A DNA stretch of 64,000 nucleotides from an uncultured Clostridia bacterium (GTDB lineage Bacteria > Bacillota > Clostridia > Christensenellales > Aristaeellaceae): contig CAMVAJ010000003.1 in the NCBI GenBank assembly GCA_947165425.1, positions 24,824-88,823 of the forward strand, read 5' to 3'. Position 1 is the stretch's first letter, and each line of letters opens with the position of its first letter. Below are positions 40,743-47,111 of the stretch, piece by piece. Both the position numbers and the translations under genes were made by a program. A model generated the notes under the pieces. That model was not told where the DNA came from and searched no databases. It saw nothing but the letters and a program-made list of their open reading frames with translations.

Positions 40743-41449
40743 TGGCCACGACACTGCCGCTGCGGCACGAGCTGAAGTTCATCATCAGCCCGCAGCAGGA
40801 GTATGTGCTCTCCCGCGCCCTGGACCGCGTCCTGCGCAGGGACCCCAACGGGGATGAGCGCAACGAGTACGCCATCCGCTCGCTCTACTTCGATACGGTC
40901 TTCAACGACGCGCTCTACGACAAGCTCGACGGCGTGCAAAACCGCGACAAGTACCGCATCCGGATCTATAACTACTCCGACCGGGTGATCAAGCTGGAGT
41001 GCAAGACCAAGATCGGCTCCCTGATCTCCAAGCGCTCCATCTCCATCCCGCGCGACCTGTGCGAGCAGCTGATGGCCGGCGACCCCGCCGGCCTGGAGCG
41101 CACCCGCTCCGGCCTGCTCAACGACGTCTTCCGCGAGATGACGATCCATCTGCTGCGCCCCGTGGTGCTGGTGGACTATGTGCGCGAGGCCTATCTGCAC
41201 GACGCGGAGGAGGTGCGCATCACCCTCGACAAGCATCTGCGCTCCGGCCTGCGCTCCACCGACCTTTTCAACCCCCGCGTCCCGACCGTCGCCCCCTTCG
41301 AGCACGACGAGACGATCCTGGAGGTCAAGTACAACCGCTCCCTCCCGCCCTACCTCCGCGATCTCCTCTCCACCTACACCGGCAACGCCATCCACTCCGC
41401 GGTGAGCAAATACACCTGGTGCCGGACGTTTGAGGGGCTGGAGGCGTAA
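40742..41449 (+). CDS. VTC-domain polyphosphate-polymerase-like protein (CYTH-like fold)
   Basis: RHELKF.IS and RSLYFDT motifs at the N-terminus as in VTC-domain proteins. The start codon immediately follows the DUF4956 stop. Confidence 0.7.
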   Translation: MATTLPLRHELKFIISPQQEYVLSRALDRVLRRDPNGDERNEYAIRSLYFDTVFNDALYDKLDGVQNRDKYRIRIYNYSDRVIKLECKTKIGSLISKRSISIPRDLCEQLMAGDPAGLERTRSGLLNDVFREMTIHLLRPVVLVDYVREAYLHDAEEVRITLDKHLRSGLRSTDLFNPRVPTVAPFEHDETILEVKYNRSLPPYLRDLLSTYTGNAIHSAVSKYTWCRTFEGLEA

Positions 41450-41459
41450 GGGGCAAAGC

Positions 41460-41494
41460 AAAAACCCATCGGCGCAGACCGGTGGGTTTTGTTT
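41460..41494 (+). terminator. Intrinsic terminator of the CotH-DUF4956-VTC operon
   Basis: ACCCATCGG-CGCAGA-CCGGTGGGT hairpin (one G-U pair) followed by TTTTGTTT. Confidence 0.75.
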
Positions 41495-41517
41495 CGCTGA
41501 AAGGGTGGTTTGCAGGC

Positions 41518-41546
41518 TTGACATGGCTGATAATGGCGGATATAAT
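41518..41546 (+). promoter_or_regulatory. Perfect-consensus sigma-A promoter (TTGACA-17-TATAAT)
   Basis: TTGACA 41518-41523, 17-nt spacer, TATAAT 41541-41546. No + strand CDS follows it. Confidence 0.6.
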
Positions 41547-41552
41547 AAAGGC

Positions 41553-41641
41553 AGGGAGAGTAGCATCTCTGCGGAGCCTTTACCTGTTCAGGTTAAGCCT
41601 CTGGAAAAGCCACTGCGTACTGCGAATACGCGGTGGCTTTT
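41553..41641 (+). ncRNA. Candidate small RNA (about 90 nt) bounded by the consensus promoter and an intrinsic terminator
   Basis: Predicted TSS is about 7 nt after the -10 element. Terminator GCCACTGCGTA-CTGCGAA-TACGCGGTGGC (41609-41637) is followed by TTTT. No plausible ORF with an RBS lies inside. Confidence 0.35.
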
Positions 41642-41679
41642 AAGATCTCTTGATTGCCTGAATCAAGAGGATGATAACC

Positions 41680-41973
41680 TCAATTTACCCCTCCACCCTC
41701 TCCAGCAGCTCCCGCAGGATGCGGGCGGCTCTGTCGTGGGGTTGATCTCGCATTCTCTTCTTCGACAAGTCTAATCAGTTCGCTTGCGGTGATACCGAGG
41801 GTATCCGCGATTCGCCAAAGCGTGTCGAGCCTAACGGTTTTACGGCCGTTTTCGAGCATCACAAGATGGCTGCGTGCAACACCGGACAGGGCGGAGACTT
41901 CCTCCTGGGTGAGCATTTTCTGAATGCGGAGTCGCGCGATGACGATCCCAAATGCTTTGCTGCTATAGGGCAT
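41680..41973 (-). CDS. XRE-family HTH regulator with a C-terminal tail read out of the direct repeat
   Basis: AGGAGG RBS 8 nt upstream of ATG 41973. HTH LTQEEVSALSGVARSHLVMLENG. The last 15 codons lie in the 45-bp repeat in a frame different from the helicase frame. Confidence 0.75.
   Translation of the reverse strand: MPYSSKAFGIVIARLRIQKMLTQEEVSALSGVARSHLVMLENGRKTVRLDTLWRIADTLGITASELIRLVEEENARSTPRQSRPHPAGAAGEGGGVN
41685..41729. repeat. 45-bp direct repeat, left copy (displaced copy of the helicase gene 3-prime end)
   Basis: TTACCCCTCCACCCTCTCCAGCAGCTCCCGCAGGATGCGGGCGGC is identical base for base to 44595-44639. Confidence 0.95.
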
Positions 41974-42066
41974 TATGACAACCTCCTTTTTAGTGCCTCT
42001 ATAACAGCGCATGTTTTTTTAGCGATAGGAAAAGGCGCTGCGGCAAAGCAGCGCCCGGTTAAAGAC

Positions 42067-42513
42067 TTAGCGGAATACGATGCCCGCCATGATCGTGAGG
42101 CTGAACGCGACGCCGGACTTCAGCTCGTCCCCCTCGTTAAGCGTAATATAGATTGTTTCAGGCTCCTCGCCCTCGCCCGGCGCAGAGACAACTTCCCACA
42201 TAAGTTGCTTTCCTTTTCCTTGCTCAGAGTAGATTGTTACGCTGCCCCATTCTTCCCCTTTTGCAAGGCAGGTAAACATATATTTTCCTGCCGGGATGTC
42301 TACGCCTGCGATATAGGCGCCCTTGGGAAGTGTTGCGGTTTTCTCGATGCCCCTTTTGACAAGCTCTTTGGTGACTTGATCATGGAGAACCGAGATCTCG
42401 TCGTCGGTTAGCTTTGACAGGTCGATTTCCTCGGCGGCGGCATGAACTGAGCAGAACACCACCGCGAGCAGCAGGAGACTGGCAACGACTCTGACAAATC
42501 GATTCTGTTTCAT
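42067..42513 (-). CDS. Secreted protein of unknown function
   Basis: Signal peptide MKQNRFVRVVASLLLLAVVFCSVHAAAE. AT-richer codon usage than the surrounding chromosome. Confidence 0.55.
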   Translation of the reverse strand: MKQNRFVRVVASLLLLAVVFCSVHAAAEEIDLSKLTDDEISVLHDQVTKELVKRGIEKTATLPKGAYIAGVDIPAGKYMFTCLAKGEEWGSVTIYSEQGKGKQLMWEVVSAPGEGEEPETIYITLNEGDELKSGVAFSLTIMAGIVFR

Positions 42514-42661
42514 GAAAACCCCACCTTTCTGCAGCTGACTGCGCAGAAAGGATAGCAGAAAACGAAACGAAAATTGTCCACTTTAGATAACATAATCCCA
42601 AAGAGAAGAGATTTACTTCTTTGTTTTTCAAATCGGATGCCCAAACAGGGCAAAAGTCCCT

Positions 42662-42689
42662 TTGAATCCATTGCTGTTTGTGGTAAAAT
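42662..42689 (+). promoter_or_regulatory. Promoter for the mini-lipoprotein / DUF4230 genes
   Basis: TTGAAT, 16-nt spacer ending in TGTGG, TAAAAT. Confidence 0.5.
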
Positions 42690-42733
42690 GCAAGTGATGA
42701 GGTCTCAGTAGTTTTAGAGAAGGGGCAGTACGA

Positions 42734-42826
42734 ATGAACATACTGAAAAAAGTTCTCCTGATCCTTATGCTGATTATTATGTGTATGCTCCTGACAGCAT
42801 GTGGAGAAAGAGTAATATACTATTAA
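42734..42826 (+). CDS. 30-codon lipoprotein-signal-peptide mini-ORF (not in the ORF track)
   Basis: MNILKKVLLILMLIIMCMLLTACGERVIYY contains a classical lipobox L-T-A-C, which would leave an 8-residue mature peptide CGERVIYY. It lies 45 nt after the promoter -10 and 53 nt upstream of the first DUF4230 gene. Confidence 0.35.
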   Translation: MNILKKVLLILMLIIMCMLLTACGERVIYY

Positions 42827-42879
42827 CAAGGCGGTAAGCGCTGATAAGATAACGGAGAGTTATAAAAGGAGACGATTAA

Positions 42880-43479
42880 ATGGAGGAGAGCTACACTGAA
42901 AAAAGAGATTGGCAAAAAAACATTTTAGATGCTTTATTAGTCTTTGGTATAATTGCTTTACTCTTCCTCGTGTGGAATCTCTTAGGCGGAGATAGTTTGC
43001 CATTTATTCAGAAACAGAGTTATTCAAATTTGATAAATACGGAAAAGATAGCAGCGCTTTCTGTTTCTGATTTCGTATATAATGGAATAGTACAGGCGTA
43101 TAAAGAAAACGGAGATCATGATTATAATGTATTATATAAGTCTACCGTAAAAGTAAGCGTAAATGCAGAGAAAATCGCCTTTTCTGTCGATGAAGAAAAC
43201 AAAAAAGTGACTTTTATGTTTCCAGAGCTTACTCTTGATGCGCCTTTAGTTGATGTGGATTCTATTAGCATTATACCAAACAGAAATGATTTGTTTATGA
43301 GTGATATAGTTGCATCATGTCGAAAGGATGCTCTTGCCGAAGCAAATGAATCCTCTAAACTCATTTCTGTGGCCCAAGATAACTTGCGGTCAATTATCGA
43401 AGCATGGTATTCACCGGTAATGAAAGAGTATTCGTTTGAATTCATATTTGATACTGTACAAGGTGGTGAAGCAGAATGA
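42880..43479 (+). CDS. DUF4230-like membrane-anchored protein (paralogue 1)
   Basis: N-terminal TM anchor (ILDALLVFGIIALLFLVWNLL) followed by a segment IAALSVSDFVYNGI similar to the conserved DUF4230 core. ATGA overlap with the next gene. Confidence 0.5.
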   Translation: MEESYTEKRDWQKNILDALLVFGIIALLFLVWNLLGGDSLPFIQKQSYSNLINTEKIAALSVSDFVYNGIVQAYKENGDHDYNVLYKSTVKVSVNAEKIAFSVDEENKKVTFMFPELTLDAPLVDVDSISIIPNRNDLFMSDIVASCRKDALAEANESSKLISVAQDNLRSIIEAWYSPVMKEYSFEFIFDTVQGGEAE

Positions 43480-44129
43480 AAAGGCTCTCTGCCCGGCAGT
43501 TGGTAACGGTGATGGTGCTGATTGCTGATGTTCTTTTATGTGCCATATATATAAACAAAAATGAACAGCAACAATCTTTTATGGAAAAACACATATCAAC
43601 ACCGGGTATTCAGCGAATTTGTGAGCTCGCAACACTTGAATGCTTTTATCATAATGTTGGAGAATGGGGCAAGGCGGGGAATCTTGTAGGATATGGCGCT
43701 AAAAAAACCTGGGTCGAATATGATGGTTCTGTACGAGTGGGAGTAAAAGGGGACAAGATTAAAGTATCTGATCCAGATCAGGATAATGTTATTACTGTGA
43801 TGATTCCTGCTGCAACTGTTTTAAGCAAAGATTTAGACGAAGGCTCTATCCATGGAATTGATAGCGAATCGAGCCTTTGGGGGTTTATTCCTTTGTATGA
43901 TCATGTAACGGTTGAAGATAGGAAAAACGCTCTTGCAAAAGCGCAAGAAGATATGGAAAACAGTTTATTGCACGAAGGCGGCAAGATATTTATTGAGGCT
44001 CAAGAACGAGCAAAAATGATTATTGAAAGAAATATCGTTGCATTGGGTGAAGCATCTGGAAAGCATTATAAGGTGCGATTCATTGATGCAGCAGAGACGC
44101 AAAACGATAATTCAGGAGCTAACAAATAA
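43476..44129 (+). CDS. DUF4230-like membrane-anchored protein (paralogue 2)
   Basis: N-terminal TM anchor followed by IQRICELATLECFYHNVGEW, a pattern typical of DUF4230. Confidence 0.55.
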   Translation: MKRLSARQLVTVMVLIADVLLCAIYINKNEQQQSFMEKHISTPGIQRICELATLECFYHNVGEWGKAGNLVGYGAKKTWVEYDGSVRVGVKGDKIKVSDPDQDNVITVMIPAATVLSKDLDEGSIHGIDSESSLWGFIPLYDHVTVEDRKNALAKAQEDMENSLLHEGGKIFIEAQERAKMIIERNIVALGEASGKHYKVRFIDAAETQNDNSGANK

Positions 44130-44192
44130 TAGAGATGCAATATTTGAAAAGCGACTAATAGTATCATTTCAGAATAAGATGCATTATCTGGA

Positions 44193-44333
44193 AACCGGCC
44201 CTTCCACCACCGCCCCGCGAGGGCGGCGGTCCCCCTCCCCAGCAAGCTGGGGAGGTTTTTAGATACTGCACTTTAGCTCAATCTCCCCATCTCCGATGGG
44301 GAGATGTCGCCGCAGCGACAGAGGGGCCGGTCT
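44193..44333 (-). repeat. Mosaic repeat, subfamily 2, lacking module B (copy g, inverted orientation)
   Basis: ACCGGCCC...GGGCCGGT termini. It contains CCGCCCCGCGAGGGCGGCGG, CCTCCCC-AGCAAGC-TGGGGAGG followed by TTTTT (44234-44260), TCTCCCCATCTCCGATGGGGAGA, and TGTCGCCGCAGCGACA. Confidence 0.9.
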
Positions 44334-44350
44334 TCTGCCAAAAAGATAAG

Positions 44351-44383
44351 GCCACCGCATACTCAAGATGCACGGTGGCTTTT
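44351..44383. terminator. Terminator-like hairpin resembling the one at 41609-41641
   Basis: GCCACCGCAT...ATGCACGGTGGC followed by TTTT. The stem sequence GCCACYGC/GCRGTGGC is shared with 41609-41637. Confidence 0.6.
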
Positions 44384-44415
44384 GCATCGTGAGATGCTTC
44401 TACTGCAAAATGCAA

Positions 44416-44595
44416 TTACCATTCTTCGCTCCCCACGGGCTCTCCCCAGTCATACTCCCCGGACACGAGCAGTTTACCGCCATATGCTTCCGCGCGCTCC
44501 TGCAACGATCTGTGTTGGAAGGGCGCCGGATGAACGTCCTGCGAGGAAGATGTCTCGCGGGCGTTTTCCTTGCGGCTGTTTTCGTTTTTCAACAT
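44416..44595 (-). CDS. Orphan MazE/PemI-type antitoxin C-terminal tail (59 aa), no AbrB-like DNA-binding domain and no toxin partner
   Basis: It ends in YDWGEPVGSEEW; E. coli MazE ends in DWGEPKDKEVW. Its ATG shares one base with the helicase TAA stop (TAATG). Confidence 0.45.
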   Translation of the reverse strand: MLKNENSRKENARETSSSQDVHPAPFQHRSLQERAEAYGGKLLVSGEYDWGEPVGSEEW

Positions 44596-44639
44596 TACCC
44601 CTCCACCCTCTCCAGCAGCTCCCGCAGGATGCGGGCGGC
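44595..44639. repeat. 45-bp direct repeat, right copy (functional 3-prime end of the helicase gene)
   Basis: Identical to 41685-41729. It encodes the last 14 codons plus the stop (..AARILRELLERVEG*). Confidence 0.95.
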
Positions 44640-46874
44640 GGTGGCCTTGCCGTCGGGGCCGATCTCGCCCACGGGGCCGGCGCAGGAGGGGCAGCCGTGC
44701 TCGCAGCCGCAGTGGGTCACGATGTCGAGGCACTTCTCCAGAAGCATCCCCTGCATGCCGAAGGCCTTCTGGGAGAGGCCCACGCCGCCGGGGCAGTTGT
44801 CGTAGAGGATGACGGTGGGCTGGTCGGTGATGGGGCTCTTCACCTGGTAGATCACGGCCAGATCCTGGGGCGAGCACATCAGGTACAGCGGAGCGACGAT
44901 GCGCAGCAGGTTCGTCACGCCGAGCATGCCGTTTTTCAGCTGGTCGGAGGCGAGGGACGCGCACAGCTCCTCCGGCAGCGTCCACCACATGGCCTGGGTG
45001 TGCATCTCCAGTTCCGGCAGGCGCACCTTGCCGAAGCCCAGAGTCTCGTGGGTGTCGAAGCGGATCTTCTTGAACATGGTCACCAGGCTCAGCACCTTCA
45101 CCTCGCCGAAGGCGCTGGTGACGCCGCGGTGCGCCTGCTCCTCCTCGATCTCCAGCAGGGAGAGGGAGACGTTGAGGTCCGCGTCGGTATAGTAGCCCAC
45201 GTCCACCTGCCGGATGAAGGCCTTGCAGGCGTCGAAGTCCAGCTTCTCCACCTGGTACTGCTGGCCCTCGTGCATGTAGATGGCGTTCTCGTGCAGGAGC
45301 ATGGGGACGGTGTAGCGGTCCATCTCGCCGATCACCTTGTGCCGCGCCGGGTCGGTGATGTCGATGATGACGAAGTTCTCCCCCGCGGGGGAGCGCAGGC
45401 TGATCTCGCTGGCGGGGAAGTCCTCCGCCATCCAGTAATACTTTCCCTCCCGGTGGCGGAGAATGTGCCCCTCCTCCAGGAAGTTCAGGAAGGTCTCCGG
45501 CGCGGGCGCGTTCCCGAAGGCGTCCCCGTCCTCGAAGGGCAGCTCGTAGGCCGCGCATTTGAAGTGGCTCATGAGGACGTAGAGGTTGTTCGGGTTGAGC
45601 AGGGCGTGCTCGGGGCTGGCGGAGAGGAAATAGTCCGGGTGGGTGACGATGAACTGGTCGATGGCGGCGGAGGAGGCCACGAAGAAGACGATGGAGGAGG
45701 CCTTGCGGCGGCCCGCCCGGCCCGCCTGCTGCCAGGCGCTGGCGATGGTGCCGGGGTAGCCGCAGAGCACGCAGGCGTCCAGCGCGCCGATGTCGATGCC
45801 CAGCTCCAGGGCGTTGGTGGAGACCACCGCGTCGATCTCCCCGGCCCGCAGGCCGCGCTCGATCTCCCGGCGCTGGGTCGGCAGATACCCGCCCCGGTAG
45901 CCCCGGACCCTTCCGGCGTTGCCCAGGGGATCCCGGGCCATGTCCTTGAGATACCGGGTCAGCACCTCCACGGTCACCCTCGCCCGGGCGAAGGTGATGG
46001 CCTGGATGCCGTTTTTCAGCAGCAGGCCGGCGATCTCCCGGACCTCGGGCACGACGCCGCGGCGGATGCCCAGCTGCCGGTTGACCACCGGGGGATTGTA
46101 GAACACAAAGTGCCGCTCGCCCATGGGCGCGCCGTTGTCGTCCACGAGGGTCACGGGGCGGCCGGTCAGCGTCTCGGCCAGCTCCTTCGGGTTGGCGATG
46201 GTGGCGGAGCAGAGGATGAACTGCGGATGGCTGCCGTAGAAGGCGCACAGCCGCATCAGCCGCCGCAGCACGTTAGCCAGGTTGGAGCCGAACATGCCCC
46301 GGTAGGTGTGAATCTCGTCGATGACAATGTAGCGCAGGTTCTCGAAGAGCTTGACCCACTTGGTGTGGTGGGGGAGGATGCCCGAGTGGAGCATGTCGGG
46401 GTTAGTGACCACGATGTGCCCCGCCTGCCGGATGGCGCGGCGGGCCGCCGCCGGGGTGTCCCCGTCGTAGGTGTAGGTCTTGATGTCCACGCCCATGGCC
46501 TCGATCAGCTCGTACAGCTCGCTGACCTGGTCGGCGGAGAGGGCCTTGGTGGGGAAGAGGTACAGCGCCCGGGCGTCCTCGTCCTGCAGGATCGCGCTGA
46601 GGACGGGGAGGTTGTAGCACATGGTCTTGCCGGAGGCCGTGGGCGTGACGACCACGATATCGCGCCCGGCCATCACCTCGCGCAGGGCGTGGGCCTGGTG
46701 GGTGTAGAGGCGGTAGATGCCCCGCTTCTGCAGGGGCGGGAGCAGCCGGGGGTCCACCTCCGGCGGGAAATCGGCGTACCGCGCCTCCCGGGCGGGCATG
46801 ACCTCCCAGCGGGTCACGTTCTCCATAAAGGCCGGGTCGTTGCGCAGCACCTGCGCCAGCTGATCGACGTTCAC
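44595..46874 (-). CDS. DEAD/DEAH-box helicase with C-terminal four-Cys DUF1998 domain (MrfA/YprA-like)
   Basis: AAGGAGG RBS 8 nt upstream of GTG 46874. Walker A TPTASGKT, VIDEIH (DExH), and C-terminal CGCEHGCPSC. The longer track ORF (to 49652) is read-through on the antisense strand of other genes. Confidence 0.85.
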   Translation of the reverse strand: MNVDQLAQVLRNDPAFMENVTRWEVMPAREARYADFPPEVDPRLLPPLQKRGIYRLYTHQAHALREVMAGRDIVVVTPTASGKTMCYNLPVLSAILQDEDARALYLFPTKALSADQVSELYELIEAMGVDIKTYTYDGDTPAAARRAIRQAGHIVVTNPDMLHSGILPHHTKWVKLFENLRYIVIDEIHTYRGMFGSNLANVLRRLMRLCAFYGSHPQFILCSATIANPKELAETLTGRPVTLVDDNGAPMGERHFVFYNPPVVNRQLGIRRGVVPEVREIAGLLLKNGIQAITFARARVTVEVLTRYLKDMARDPLGNAGRVRGYRGGYLPTQRREIERGLRAGEIDAVVSTNALELGIDIGALDACVLCGYPGTIASAWQQAGRAGRRKASSIVFFVASSAAIDQFIVTHPDYFLSASPEHALLNPNNLYVLMSHFKCAAYELPFEDGDAFGNAPAPETFLNFLEEGHILRHREGKYYWMAEDFPASEISLRSPAGENFVIIDITDPARHKVIGEMDRYTVPMLLHENAIYMHEGQQYQVEKLDFDACKAFIRQVDVGYYTDADLNVSLSLLEIEEEQAHRGVTSAFGEVKVLSLVTMFKKIRFDTHETLGFGKVRLPELEMHTQAMWWTLPEELCASLASDQLKNGMLGVTNLLRIVAPLYLMCSPQDLAVIYQVKSPITDQPTVILYDNCPGGVGLSQKAFGMQGMLLEKCLDIVTHCGCEHGCPSCAGPVGEIGPDGKATAARILRELLERVEG

Positions 46875-47111
46875 GCCGGAGACCTCCTTATGATGCGCAA
46901 TCGAAAAAGGGAAAATCAGTTCGCATGGATTGTACCACGGGCGGCGCGAAATGACAAGGCGAACAGCGCTGTTTCCACGCCCTCCGCGGCCGTCCGCCGC
47001 CCAGAAAAGCCGATTGCGCTTTTCACGCAAAGAGGGTATAATAGGAATGCGGCACTTTTCGCGTGCCCGCAGTTCCGACATAGGATATGGGATCATAAAG
47101 GAGGTCACCCG

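Larger units (their letters stand above)
41685..44639. mobile_element. 2.9-kb AT-richer islet inserted at the 3-prime end of the helicase gene, no integrase
   Basis: Perfect 45-bp direct repeats at both ends. The composition shifts relative to the flanking very GC-rich genes. Cargo is an XRE regulator, a secreted protein, a mini-lipoprotein, two DUF4230 genes and a MazE tail. Confidence 0.65.

Noticed and set aside
41430-41774. 114-aa + strand ORF spanning the consensus promoter, terminator hairpin and 45-bp repeat
   Set aside because: It begins inside the end of the VTC gene and its terminator region. It runs through a promoter and a strong terminator and has no RBS. The components it crosses are better explained as non-coding.
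46875-47111. Possible LexA (Cheo) box CGAACAGCGCTGTTTC upstream of the helicase gene
   Set aside because: The half-sites are GAAC and GTTT with a 6-nt spacer, whereas the Firmicute consensus is GAAC-N4-GTTC. The spacing and one half-site do not fit.
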